From contig NC_134032.1 of assembly GCF_964204645.1 (NCBI RefSeq), positions 7,862,275 to 7,926,274 of the forward strand: a stretch of 64,000 nucleotides of DNA, given 5' to 3'. The notes beneath the pieces were generated by a model. That model had not been told where the DNA came from, did no database searches, and was given only the letters and a program-made list of their open reading frames with translations. Positions within the stretch are counted from its first letter, which is position 1. Every line of letters starts with the position of its first letter. Both the position numbers and the translations under genes were made by a program. This DNA comes from Tubulanus polymorphus. Its lineage: Eukaryota; Animalia; Nemertea. Positions 47,530-61,632 of this stretch are shown here, one piece after another.

Positions 47530-50500
47530 TACAGTTATTCCCAATCTTGACGAAATTTGATATGTCAATAATTTTGGCCATGGGCTAAATGTTGCTGAGC
47601 CATTTTCCCAAACTGATATTTAGAGAGCGCTGTACAGGTCACACTTGTCAAATTTTTCAATTGCTACTAGTCCTACAATCATTATTTGATATTGACAAAG
47701 CTTGGTATTGAACTTTGTGAGTGCTGTGTAGGTGGTCCTTGTAAAATCTTATCATAAAACAGCGGAGCTGTATCAGCCGATAGGCTGCTTGTCTCTCTCC
47801 GCACTGCAGCTTACAATATTCTCCACCAGAGAGCCTGTACTAAATTCTCCCAAGTCTCGTTTTTACTTTGAATCCTCGGGCAAATTTATCATCCTGGTGT
47901 CAAAATTATGATTTACTACTTCTATGATTTACTACTTTACTATATGTAAGTTTTACTTGCCGACCCTCTCCCTCCCATTCCTTCCCCTATCTATCTCCCT
48001 CCCCTATCCCTCCCCCTCCCTCGATACCAGGAACTGTGAATTTGCTCTAAACCTAAAGCTGTTGTTACACATAAATTATTGAATGAATATTTAATTTATT
48101 ATTTTCCTAATACTGGGATCGAGGGACTCTTATGTGTGCGTGGTTTACCTTATATAAAGTGGCTGGAACTGAGGGGATTATGTGCGTGGATAGTGGAGTT
48201 CCCAATGTCGGCGATGTCGGCAAGTAAAACTAACCTATACATCCAATTGCCGGCACTTCTCGCTGTACGATCTCTTCACATTGCGTCTTAGAAACCAAAT
48301 CACTACGTATACTTCCGTTTCTAGACAATCATACATGGAACGATCCAATTTGATGCAAAATACGAAACTTTCTGAAAGATTACCCCGCCTTCAAATGCTA
48401 TAATTCTATAATTCCCCGTAATTTGATAAACTCACTGGATATAAGTATATATTACAAACCGACTTTTGGGTCCCCAAAGTCTGTTCTGAAGACCCAACTG
48501 TATTCCAAAAACAAGACTTCATTCGAGATATGTGTAATCATATTAGCCGGTTAGTCGCACTCTGACGTGGAGAGCAGATTGGTAAGTTCAAACCCACTAA
48601 ATACAGAATTTAAAAGATGAAAAACAATTATATTTATCAAAAATTAAAATCACCTAACTATGGTCTCTTGTGAGAATAAAATTCGTGTTTGATCTTTCAA
48701 ACTGTATATAGAGGGTTTTGGAAAAAGTGTAGTCATATCATTTAGACAGTTTTGATATATAAAATTCAAATGTAAGTGGTGACTGTGAACCACAAGAACG
48801 AACAGCGACGATACTACGAGGAACCCCGAATCCAACGAATACGTATAGCGAACGAAACCAGCGACGACCCAGAAACAACAAGGCAGTGTGTTCAGTTACA
48901 AAGTTTAGTACGGTCTAACATTATATTTATTTGTGCCAAAAGATTACAGGCAAACTCAGTGGAAGTAATGCATGTTCTCCGATTGGTTGAAAGATATCAG
49001 TACTTCATGGTTCATGGCAGTACTTTACGGTTCGTCGGTTCATGGCGTGGTGTTTGTATTCCGGATATGCACGTCGTGACAATGTAAACAACTTAAAACT
49101 TCAATATTTAGGAATGCAAAACTGCATGACGAGCATTTGCACAATAACCCCATGTTTGATGTGACATCTTGCTTGGGGCTAAACTGCAGCAGTTTTACGA
49201 AAAAAGTGTCTGCTTAGTTTCGCATTGCTATTATGAGGCTTAAATCAAAACTTGAATCAGTTTTAATCGTAGTGTTAATTGAGAAACCAATAGCGATGAT
49301 TAAAAAGAGACACTTTTTCACAGTCCACTGCGCTTAAATTGCCATTGCAAATTAGAAGCATTTGTATCCTATATTTCATTTGGTACGAGTTTTATCCTAC
49401 GATCGTCGTATGGATTTAGCCAGTCTCGGCTGATACAATAGAAGCGTTTACTATTGATAGATAGCAAAAGCGGGAAGGAAGACCTCTTGCCAATATACGT
49501 ACTTCATTCAGCTCAAAATTCCATGCTGATCTGATATTACTGAGAACAAAGAATTATGCAATTGTCGACCCAAAACAGATGGTTGTATCAAGTTCAAATA
49601 ATCATATTTCTAGTGGTTCGACTCCCGTTTTCTGGTTGAATGAATAGTGCCGAGGTCATAGGAAAAACTACGTAATGCGGTTATGTCCCACGTCCAGAGA
49701 ACGAGAAAAAAGAAGCATTGTCGAAAAAACTTTCCTCCACACCCCGACCATCAGATCCCAAGCGATATTGCGGAAGTTTAAGACCCAGTTCGACAGTTAT
49801 TGGTTGAAATTTAGATTCAAGCACTGAAATTTGAGGGTTCATAGAGTCAAATGTTCTGACAATTGTGGAACCGAGTCTTGTGACAAAAATGGTGAATACC
49901 GAGTCGATATCGAATACTGGGTAAGAGTTTGAATGACACAGTAAACCTAGCCTTGCTCGGACATGACTAACAATGGCAAAATAATTTTTCTGCGTATTTT
50001 GTTATCCTGATCTCGGACTTCGCGTGCCTCAGCCCAATTTTACTAGTCCCAATGTGTCCTTGTTGGGTGAAATTTACTCAACAATAAACACAACCTCTCT
50101 TACTCTGTACCGTATACACTGAGTTAGAATTTCTGAAATACGGTAGACTCTGTCTCTTGTTCAGTTCAGTTGATAGTGGTTCAATTCTACCGGTAAAATG
50201 TAACAGGTGTACTCGATTTGTGCAAACGTTATGCATATATTTGAAACAAAAACCGATTAGATGAATGTGGCACCTTGCTTAAAGCTGTAGTTTTTAATCG
50301 ATGTGCTTATTGAAAAAAAAATGTGAAAAGCAAAGTGAAAATCTGAATTCTAAATCTCCAACTCCCTCTTCCGGTCTTTGACCTGCTCCGATCTATTACT
50401 GGCTAACTGTAATACTTTTCAGATATTCGCTGCGAACCTGCATTCCGTCAGCACTCGGGCGATTGTACGACTGCCAGACGGGCTCGCCGATAAAAAAACG

Positions 50501-51639
50501 TTTACCACGAACGAAATTCTGAAAAGCGAATTGAACATAACGCTAAAGATACACCTAATAATTACCCCTTCATTTCCCCTTTCCAACAATCAATTCCCAG
50601 ACGTCACTAGAAAGCCTAGAGCTCTTAAACTGATTTTCTATCAAATTTTCTAGGATTTTGCTTAAACCCAATGCCCACATCACTTTTTGATTTTGATTGA
50701 CCCCCTTCGTTCGTCAATCAGAGGATATAAAGTAATTTGTATAGGCTTGTAAAATCTGTATCTGTAACCTGTCTTGGTGAGTATGAATAAAGAATTTACA
50801 TTTTGCATCACAACAAAATTTGTGTTAAATGTATGTAACGGATATTCAGTGTACGTGCACTACGTGTTCGGTAAAAATTGGTCTTAACTAAAAGAACGAT
50901 TTTGAAACGAATCCGATTGAATTTAAATTATTTCAAAAATTTTTTATCGTTAACGTTTAGAACGAGCTAATTCTTTAAATGGACTTCCGAGTGTTTTGAT
51001 GATGAAAAATTTGAGAATCATTAAGGGAGACATAAAACTCATAAGGCTAAACAAAAATGATACCTTTTTTCTAATCGGCCGGGTCATTTTGTTAAGTGCT
51101 ATGAAATTTGTAATCAGTTCATTTCTATAGCTGCCGGGTCTGATACGGAAAAGTTGATCACGATTCTAGAAAACTAAGCCTAATGTACATAGTAGATAGC
51201 AAGTCGGGACAGGTTTTAGGCTCCCTTCAGAACCTTATAGAGATCAGTAAAACTAAAAGATATTTTGTTGGACGTTGTCGTTGGCTTGCAGCCTGCATAC
51301 ACATGCTGCGTTCTGTGTTTCTCTCCTCAGATGGGTGACTCCACCCTGACCCTATGGTTATTTCCGTTTCATATTCACCGGAAATGTAATCCTTAGATGA
51401 TACAGTGGAATTCCTTAGACATTCCTTAGTCGTAACTTTGCTCCATTTTGAATGTTTTAGCCATCCGTTTTCGGTCTAAACACCACCCAAAATATCTTAA
51501 ACTCATATACTGGTTCGATATCATGCATTTCCGCGCTGTATTGTACCTAATATCGCCTTTTAAGGCTGTGCAACAAGTCGTCCAAATTTAGTTCCTGTGC
51601 ACCTACCATGCGTTATCTAAGGGGTAGGTGGATGTGCAC

Positions 51640-51708
51640 TATATCATCATCCTCGGCAGGGATTCGAACCTGATGCCATCGCTAGACTCAGCCACGGCAC
51701 GAAACCCT
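51640..51708 (-). mobile_element. tRNA-derived SINE head
   Basis: Minus strand gccgtggctgagtctagcg ... ggttcgaatccc (A and B boxes). Confidence 0.45.
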
Positions 51709-52891
51709 CCCACTAGACCGGGTGCGCGGGTACATGCACAGGTTTACCTCGCAAAACCTTGCGGCACCAATCAGATTAGTTGAGGCAAATTCGACGGAAG
51801 AACGATAAACGAGAAAACCGGGGCTGAAATAAAACGGGATCATTAGTTTAAAACCTACATTAACAAGAAAATCTATAAATTGAAAGCTAATTTCATTATT
51901 TCAAAAAATTAAAAACAGCTGTATAGACCCGGCATTTCGGACTCACTCTAGAGATCATCGTCACACCCGAATTATGATGGTAATTCGTCCACAATATTGT
52001 CGTCAATTCATTGAAGAGGTTGCCAGTTTCAATGGCGAGCGAAGATTCATTTCCTTTCATTTCATTTTTTTAATAATGGTGTATAAATCGCGTTTATCAA
52101 TCAAGGTACTGCAGAGTTAACTGATTTTCTTCTATCAAAACTTGTTTAAAAAATGAGCGAAAACTATCCCAACGATGGAACCTCGACGGACCTCCACAAA
52201 CTGATGTCTACAAACTGGAAACATTCTTATTCAATGGTCGCGCATGTTATTTTCAAGGGGCCGATAAAAACCTTTTTTCATTGCTTAGATGCGGGAAGCA
52301 TTCATTACGCCATAAATATGATGAAACACTACGTCGATGTTGAAACGACAGTGATTCCACAATACAGAAGGAAATCTTTCGGGATTTTTACCGTATTACA
52401 AGTAATAAAACGATTATTTGTTCGATTACCTTTTCCTCGTAATTCGGCAGCTGATATCCGATCTCGATTTCGTCCTCGTAATTATAGCCGCGGTCGGTCC
52501 GAATTTTACTCAACTCCGGTTCGGAGTTGTCTCCGTCCAGCTAAAGAATGATAAATAACAAAATGATGCGTAAACGCTCGGATTGAAGAAGTTCATGAGT
52601 TGAAAAACCAATTGAAACGTTTTTCGAACCAAGAAAACTGACCGAAAACTGACGGGAAACTTCCGACCGATATCTTATATTTTGATGAATTCGATACTGT
52701 GACGAGTATCAAATTACAATAGTGGAAATCTTTCTGTTTGTGGCCTTGTGACGAATCCAAATTTCGATAAACTTAAGCGCTCATATCGATGTCGAATAAA
52801 CTTTCGTTTGCGGCGAATTTTGCAATCTGCCACAGGTTGAGATGAAAACGCGAAAGACATTTTGTCCTGCGATGTAGCTTGACGGTTTAAA

Positions 52892-54700
52892 TCACGACAT
52901 ATACGACATTGACGACCAAGATCTTAAATTGAATCTGCCGTCAGCTAGTATCTTACGTGACTGTGTGTAGTAAGTTTTGGCGTCAGCTTCAGAAGGAACT
53001 GAAGTCAAAACGTTATCAACGTAAATGTTCTTACTAAAATTAGAAGAAGTCTCATTACGATTCTGTTTCAGATGATGCAGTACTGTGCTATTCAAAATGA
53101 AAGGAGATGAAGTTGCTCCAAATAGCACTCTTTTGAAACGGTATATTTCAAATTTTGAATTTGCATCATCTGCATTACTAAGCCAGAAAAATCTAGTCGC
53201 ATCCCTGTCTTTCGGATGTTACCAATCTGCAAAAAAGCCTTCTCTATGTCGGCGGCCAATCCGACGTCAAAGAAACGGAATCTCAATAGAATTGATGTCA
53301 ATTCATTTAATAAAGAAGGGCCCGAATCAAGACAATCATTAAGGCTAGGATTATCCGAAGTCCGAAAACCGCAATCGAAAACGATCCGAATTGGCGTGGT
53401 TTTTGAATCTCGAAAGACAGGGTGATGCGCCAAATAGTGGATTCTATCAGACTTTGATAATTCAGAATCTGACACTTTCTCGATAAACCCTTTCTCTAAT
53501 TGATCAGAGATTATGTTAGAATACACTCTCAGCATATCTGGAGTTCTCGCTAAACGTTGCAAAGTACCACGAGTACGGTTTGTGACTGCATTGTAATTGG
53601 TTGGCAGAGGAGGAGGCATAATTGGCACTAATAACGAGCCATACGAGGATGGTGATCTACCGACGGACTCCAGATGACGAATATAACTTTCGGTTTGATC
53701 ATAGAAATGTCTCAGTGATACATGATCGTTAGATGGAGGAGATATTTCTAATAAAGCACGTAAATAACCTTGTTCAATTTTCTGAGATTGGCCGAATCGC
53801 TGCTTCAGTAATTTAATGGCTGTACGATAATTCTCTTCGGTTAATGGTAACCCGTCTATACAGCCTTTTGCTTCTCCTAATAACTGACATTTCAAATATG
53901 CAAATTTTTCGACATCAGAGAATGAACTGCTACTATGTCCTGCAGCGTCAAACAGACCCCAGAAGGTTTGCCAGTTCAAAATATTCCCGTCAAACTTGGG
54001 TAATTGTAATTTCGGTAATGTCGATTTTTGAATATCAGATTTATACCTTTTCGGAGTAGATTCAGTTTTCGTGAGTTTTTCTATTCTTTTTGAGTATGTC
54101 ATTATTTCTCCAAATAAACCAGATAAATACGTCTCACCTTCCATCACGTGCGACGTTATATCTTCATCGGACTCCAGAAGTTCAAGTAACTGTGCGTCGA
54201 TATTTTCCAGTTGCGTCAATTTCCGCTTGAGAGTTTCTAATGCAATGGTTGCTTTCAGGACATCTTGTTTTTCGACGTAGGTTTTCACATCCCCTAGAAT
54301 TTTTGTCGCCACTCCACGGTTTGCCGTTCTGCTGGCTTTCTGCTTTTTCAAAGAATCAGACATCTCGGATTCAGACTCGGATTTCACGTAGCAGTTTTCT
54401 CAGTTCTACAACTCTACGGCTCGAGGGACCATGTAAACGCCTTCCCTGTTAGACTACGAACGACGGAACGACTGTATTAGAAGACGTCTAGTTTATTTCT
54501 CACCCACAGTACAGGGCTCAACAGTATAAATACTTGTGTTCAATGATGTGTAAATCACAAACTGCTTTAACATATAAAAGAGAATTCATGCTTGAAATGG
54601 TATACACTGAATACAGTTAAATCCAGATTACAGCATTACAGTATTCACTATTATAGTATTCACAATATATCTTGAGATCATAAAGTGATACACATGAAAA
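52892..54700 (-). mobile_element. BEL/Pao LTR retrotransposon, internally deleted and 3'-truncated
   Basis: LTR 3' end CA at 54432, PBS TGGTCCCTCGAGCCG 54417-54431; gag LPKLQLPKFDGNILNWQTFW; RT HYLAHHPV, RIVFD, SLNDCL..GP, ADIEKAFLQI, FGATSSPF, YVDNVL; LTR 5' limit approximate. Confidence 0.88.
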
Positions 54701-56100
54701 ACTCCGCCAGGACGGAAAAACCCATGTCTATCGCCCTTGGGCCAGTTGCTTTCAAGTTGGTTAGAGACCAGTAATAAGTTGCCAGATGTGGTCCGGAACA
54801 ACTGTTCACACGCGTGTCAAATGGGCCCGTGTCCGAGCTAAATTTCAGCACCGGTCGAATCGGTCAAATGATTGCGTGTGAATTGCTACAGGTTCCGGAA
54901 GTGACTCACCTCACCTCACATTGTTTTTTTTTTTTTTCGATCTTAAAATAGGGATTTTCCCCATTATTTATTTATTTGGCTGGTAAATTTTGTTTGATTT
55001 TTCGATTGAGTGTCCCTTACAGACCCACCACACCTGCCGGGAGCGAAACAGGGGGTTTGATTTTGAAATCGGAAATCGAAGTACAGATATAGATGTGTGA
55101 TCGGCGGTCGAGTTAACAGAATATTTTAAAATCGAAGTACATAACTGGAAATTTGGTTCCGGTTCATCCAAACAATCTTCCATTCAGTCTGAACCGGCAA
55201 GCGACTGATTGGGATGAATTTTTCTGGCTGCCTAATTTAATACAATGAGATTCTGGAAATAGCTATATTACAAGATCATTTTGTCCATTTTTATATTTTT
55301 TTGGTCGTTTTCTACGTGTAAATAGTCCGATAGTTTAGTGTGGTTTTTTTCCTCGGGTAGATGTTGATGTAGAAGTCCTCTAAGTTGATGATCCCGCGTG
55401 TTGACTAGATAGGAAGAAAGCACATTTCGAAACGCAAATTTTCCAGATGAGAGTATGGCCCTGGGGTATCCGAAGTGTAGTTGTATGACATCGACGGTGC
55501 AGCTCCGATGAAGATGGGTTTCTCCGTCAAGGGGTGCGCAGTTGGTACTTCACATCTGGTGCTGAATTTGCCTAAAAGTATAAGTTTTACACTGGGAGCA
55601 GTTATGTGTTTCTAATATACAGTGAGTTAGGTCCGTGAATGTATCGCAATCAAACGGACAGTGCTATGCTTATTGATAGACCGTCAGTAAGAAAGCGGCA
55701 CAGACACGTGAATATTGAATACATGTTTGTACACTTACATATATACAGTCTTGATCGGGTTTTATTTATATTGTCACGATTAAGTTTTTGGTAGCTTTTA
55801 ATGAGACTGATGTCAAGAGGCAACTTTCCAGTCACCATTGCGCGTAGATAGACTGAGCTTGCTATCCTAAGGTCACAAACGGAGGCAGCGTTCCGGCTAT
55901 CGTGGCAATGAGACTGAGTTTACAGTCAAAACATCAGAAACAGTAAACTAATACGTATGTGATGATATAGAGCAAAAGTGGTCAGACAGTTCTATGCGTA
56001 TTGATAGACCGTCATCCCTGTTCGATCTAAATCAGAACATACCTCAAGTGTCAAAGTCGGGATATGTAGGTGTAAGTAATAAAAAAGGCGTTGGGTTTAA

Positions 56101-56800
56101 TTAATAGACTACGCTAATGGTGTCGATTGTGATTCTGTTTACTGCATTCAGTCCGTTTGCATCCAGGTGTATAAGTACATTGTTAAGAGTCCAAATATGA
56201 AGGTTTTGTTGAAGCATGATTTCTTGGTTTAGGCGATCTATTAGCGAGTTTTTGAAATAAATTATAGTGTTGATGCGGCCAGAGCCTTGTTCTAAATTGT
56301 AGTGATTTTTGTACAAAATGGATTGTGCGAGAAACAAAAGGTAGTTCGCGAGTGTGCGTTTGAAGAAATCTCTTTCTATTGTTTTAGTAATTCCTGTGTA
56401 GACGATGTCTTGAGTGATATTTATTGGTGTGTCTAGTATGCGTTGAATGATTGGTTGTATAGATGAATATAATCGCCTCACATTGTTAAAGCATTGTTTA
56501 GTAACGAGTGAGTGGTTTGCGTGTGAACGCGCACCTTATGCCGTGTGTTAGGGAATGTTATATAAATGTTATGCCATGTGCGGCCCGCCGCACACTGTGC
56601 ATTGTTACGGTATCCAGTTTTAACCAACATTTGGGCAACAGAACTGGCCCATTGTCTTTACTTTATTAACTTACTTTCCAATATAAAATTCCGAGTTTTT
56701 TTAAGTGATCAACCTCGACGAATTGAGGCGGGTCTGTCATGTGCAGTTCCCTCTGATCCGCATCGGTCGTGTCCATAAACCAAGCCCTCATGTTGACACG
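56101..56800 (-). pseudogene. Degenerate L1/Tx1-like LINE ORF2 C-terminus
   Basis: NYLLFLAQSILYK...YFKNSL..RL...W pattern typical of the post-RT region; heavily decayed. Confidence 0.4.
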
Positions 56801-59800
56801 CGTTGTGATCCGTCTGCTCTGGGAATAAGAATAAGTAAACAGTTTACTCTAAAAAAAACTGTGAATAACGTCACATTCATTAACGATAAGCTGCTTTTAT
56901 GGACTTCCGCGGCATAAGATCATAAGGTCCAGCTGTCGACGCGAATAAAATCGTAGTTAAGCTGCAATTGGAAACAGATTGTTTTCGATTATATCCGAAT
57001 AGCCTTGAGGAAGGGGAAGCGCCATATTAAAAAATGTGTTCAGATTTTAATCTACGTGTACGCTGATGAGGTTAGGTCTCTTTTCCTCACAATTTCCCGA
57101 CTTCAACACATATTAAAAACACGCTGACCACTCATCCTCTATCATTTTTTCACAATGATATTCTCGAGTTCCGCGAAATTTCAAATGATCGGTAAATTTG
57201 TCAAACCAATTCTACGCCAGTTGAGCCAACGTATTGTTATGGTTGTTAAATGTCCAGCAGTGTTGTGGTTGTATCCTGTCGGGTTTTGGAGTAAATCAAT
57301 TCTTACTTGTGTTGTTGGTATATATCTCACACGCTTGTAATTCTCTATATAAAACAAGTCGAACGATTTCTTGAGTCTATCCATCTTTATTTTCTCTTAG
57401 CCGGATGTATACATTCTATCTCTAAAGCTTTTTCTTTTTCTGACAACAGTTTCTTCCCAAAGCTTAACCGAGACTCATTTCTCTCTAAAACCAAACTAAA
57501 CTAAAAACCCTCCCTTTTTAATCGAAGTAACGAGACGAGTAGTACTGTATAGGTTAACTATTTATTTGACGCACGAGCTTTTGCTTCTAATGAATAGAAG
57601 CTTCATCAGGTGAATGAGTCTACGAAATCCAAAGCAATTTGATTAGATAAAAACGCTTAGATACTAGCATATGGCCCGGTGTCATTTTACGTACATGTTT
57701 TTTAATTCAGTATTACGATACGTTGACCCACATGGTTACTAAGTTCAAATCCCAAAAATAGAACACATTTTTTTGAAAATTCATTATAACTATTTCCTAA
57801 TTCTTTCTATTCAGCAAATCGAGTTCATATTCTTATAACATATTTACAGCAGTTATCTTTTATTCGTAAATTATTTTTTACAGTAAATATCCTTTTCCGG
57901 TGATTCGTGTTGAAACACTCCTCGGGGTGTAATGCTGGGTGATTTGGGAGACTGCCGCCATTCATGCATCACTGAATATGTCGTCACTCATGCATCACTA
58001 ACTGATAGGAATAATAATCCTAAATATAGCTGCAAAGCAGCGATAACGGGTTTTCTGGATGCATGTGATCGAAAGGAAAAATTAATTACCGGGTATTCGA
58101 TGGAAAAAATAAAATGAGATGATTCGGATATTATCGGAGCAATCCTCTTTTTGGTTGAATGGTCTAACCCCAGTATAGTCCCCGTGATTTGGAAATTCTC
58201 GGAGCCCTCCTCTATTTACTTACTAAATGACGTCACAAACTGTTATTTCGCCGGTGCTTGTTGTCTAACAATTCAATTCAATTCTTTATTTACAGTAACC
58301 TAATAAGTAATTTTCAGTTTCAAATAGGATGGAAAGTACATTCAGACAATCTGTTGGTTCAGAGAGACCGTTATTACAGTATCAATTTATACATTTCGTT
58401 TCGAAGCTGTCAGTTGCCGAATCTGAATGAAGATGAATTTTATTTGACGAAATTGGCGGAAAATATATGATCTCTTAAATCGTATAATTAATAAAATCCC
58501 TGTATTGACTCCTTTGATTTCTGAAGGATTCTGCGCCTAGTAGCCTATTAATTTGATTGCAGAAAATCAACAAAATACGGTGCCACAAACTCCAGGATTC
58601 CTCAACCCAGATGGAACTGGTCATCTCGGGAGAAGATGGCACACAAACCGAAGCGGAAACCAATACCATATCAACCCAGACAGGATCATCAACTGTGGAG
58701 AAAGGAACTGACATGACGTCAGTCAAGGAAGTCGATGGTAGAACGCAGACAGAGACGCCTGTGTGAGGTCACCACCCAAACTGACCGTTAAACATGAACC
58801 AGACCCATGTACGACGTCGACTAAGATGCTCATCGACGATTGAAACGAGGCTCGTACCAGTTTCGTCGGAACCTAGTACCACCACGTCTCGATCAGTGTA
58901 TTCAGCTCAAAGATCTATGCTACTCCCAGGTTTGGCAAAAAACTCTTGGACCCCCTTCCAAACTTTCTCATGATATGATTGGATTTTTATGAGTAAGTTA
59001 TTAATATCTAACACATTTTTTCAAAAACCGTTGTCGGCACTATCGTTTTTGTGCTTCAGCATTGGGTTTTGAATGAGTTCTTAAAAAGCAGAATCATAAA
59101 TCTCAGTTTATTGATTTAATTATAAATCATTCATCGTGGCTCAGAACGATTATGAATTTGGCTATGTCGTCTGCATAATTTCAACAACATGGTATAACGG
59201 AAATTACTGAAATTAAGCTGGATAGAGTAAAATTAAATTTAGCTTTATTGTCCGTAAAATCAACACACCAATTTCTGCGTTTCTGCATTTCTGCGTTTTG
59301 AAGAAACCGCGAAAGTACACCTTTCTGCTGATCGTGGAACCGGACGAAAACACAGTTTTCGTCAAATTCGTTTCATACAGGAGGGAGTAGAATGGAAGAA
59401 GCAGGGAATGAATTCCAAATAGGGTAATATTAGAAGCGGGTGAGATGATGGTTTAGAAATGTGAAAAATGTACAAATTAGTATATAAGTCAAAGGTTTTT
59501 GGAGTTCAATGGAGATGGGAGATAAAGCAGAAGAATGTAACAATAAGAAGAAAATAATGAGGTAGTGTGATCGTATAAGAAGACAATGTTATAACTTATA
59601 TTCAATTCATTTGAGCAAGGAGAAAGCTGAGGACAACCCAAATAAACAAGCCGGCCAACACCATTGTTGGAAAAGAAGTCACGCACCAACTATTAGGAGA
59701 ACTTGTGACACTGTTGTGGTCGCAAATCTCTACTACTGTGTTCTAGGCCGGATCTTCGGTTCTGGTTCTTGACTTCTTTTAATGCTCCCGTATATAACTT

Positions 59801-61632
59801 CTAAAGTTATCTATTCGTATTTATTCTCTCGTAACCAGATGCGTAAAATCTTTTACCTTGAGCGCCCTTCTTTCTAAAACCTCCCTCTCTTCTCTCCAGC
59901 CTCCCCGGCCCCTGAGCTTTCTTCAACCCCTCTAATCTATAAACGCTCCCTTTTTATATTGTTTTACTGTTTAGCAACGTTTGCAGGCCCTCTTCCACAC
60001 ATGTCTTGGTATTTACGGATTGTGACGTATTCATACGTCACAACATTCCTCCAATCCATGTATGGAGTGTTGACGTACCTACACACGTCACAATGATATC
60101 TTTTTCACTCATCAGAGCTCATGGCCGCACCATATTAGGTTTTTCTTCGTAGAAACATACGTCACTTCCAGACTTATTTACATTGCTTCTATTTATTGTT
60201 TATTTATGACGTACGCATCAACGCAGGTTGTCTCGCAATAGCAACGTTGGCCATGAACTCCAACTTCAGTACATTTACTTAAACTACTAAACTATTACCC
60301 AACAACACAACAGTGATATTTGGAGTTTTCTTGGGTGCGTAAGCCTCTGCCATTTTCAAAAGAATTTTTTAGGGCACCTTGAAATTTTGAGGGGGAGCGC
60401 TCCCCCTGCTCCTCCCTTGAATCCGCCCCTGAGTACGTACGTTTATGTATACGTATAAGTATCTATTCACATCATAGATTGATATAAAGCATTTAAGTAT
60501 ACATGTATAATGAAAAAACAATGTAGCAATAAATTATGCGAGGGGTTAGGAAAAGCCAAATAAACGGCTTAAACAAGTTTCCCCTCCATGACATACACAC
60601 CTTCTCACACTCTCTCTGCTCATTCACTCGTTACACAATCATACTAGAATGTAGCACAAAAAATCTAATCAAAAGTTATTATTAGATCTATTATGATAAC
60701 AAAATGAACAAAATGCAAAGGCTAACAAGCTTATGGGCTCAGTAATTACTAAATAGATACAATTTTAGGCATATAGTAAAAATACTCAGTTGACTTATAG
60801 ATTTTAGATTGGTAGTGCATTCTAATGTTTAGGTCATTGAATCTTGATTGGTAGTGCATTCTAATGTTTAGGTCATTGAATCTTGATAGAGTTAATTCTG
60901 AGATTTAATCTAGCAAATTCGATACGCAGGTTTTTGGGGCGACGTGAGGACCACCTATTACGTGTAACATTGCGAAAGAAGAAAAACTCTTTAAAAACTG
61001 TGGGTAGCAAATTATGTAACACTGTGAAAAAAAAACAAATGTGATCAATTGAAGTTTATAAATATCATGCAGTTTTGTTAAATTTCTTAAAGATCGGCTA
61101 GGTATGCTCGAACCAGTACGAGCGTGTTATTATCATAATTGCCTTGAAGTACAAATAAAGGTTAAAAATTCGAAATACAAGCGTTCCCCGAATGTGATGG
61201 AATATTTCAAATGTGAATGTACAAGACAGAAGTAAAGATTTTTAGCACATCAGAAGGGATTAAATGTTTGAGCCTGTTGAGGACTCCAAATACCCCGTGA
61301 TACTTTTTTTTTACATATATTGATGATATGATCATTCCATGTTGATATCTGATCGAATATAATTCCCAAAAATGTTGCTATTTTTTCATACGGTTTATTT
61401 TTTGTCCGCCGAGAAAAATATTGAGATGGGTATGTGGTTTAAAACCAAAACCATAACTTGTGTTTTACAAAAAGCCTTTTTGCTCTGAACCATTGTAGGC
61501 AAATAATACAGATTCCAGGGCTATCATCTTTAGCCCGGGGGTTAACTCAATTGAAAATGAATTAAGTAAGCCACCGGGTTAAAGTTAATACCAGTCAATC
61601 AAACCGGCCCCTGTAGTTTATGGGAAGATGGT

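Noticed and set aside
48771-49089. Possible solo LTR
   Set aside because: Could not fix TG...CA boundaries with a matching TSD.
52153-52551. 132-aa ATG ORF
   Set aside because: No recognisable motif or supporting exon structure.
57181-57530. Short minus-strand ORFs with possible viral-like promoter context
   Set aside because: Too short and motif-free to support a call.
58023-58048. aatatagctgcaaagcagcgataacg repeated at 63975-64000
   Set aside because: Probably the end of a dispersed repeat; the second copy is cut by the window edge, so it cannot be classified.
60807-60887. 39-bp tandem duplication
   Set aside because: Ordinary local slippage.
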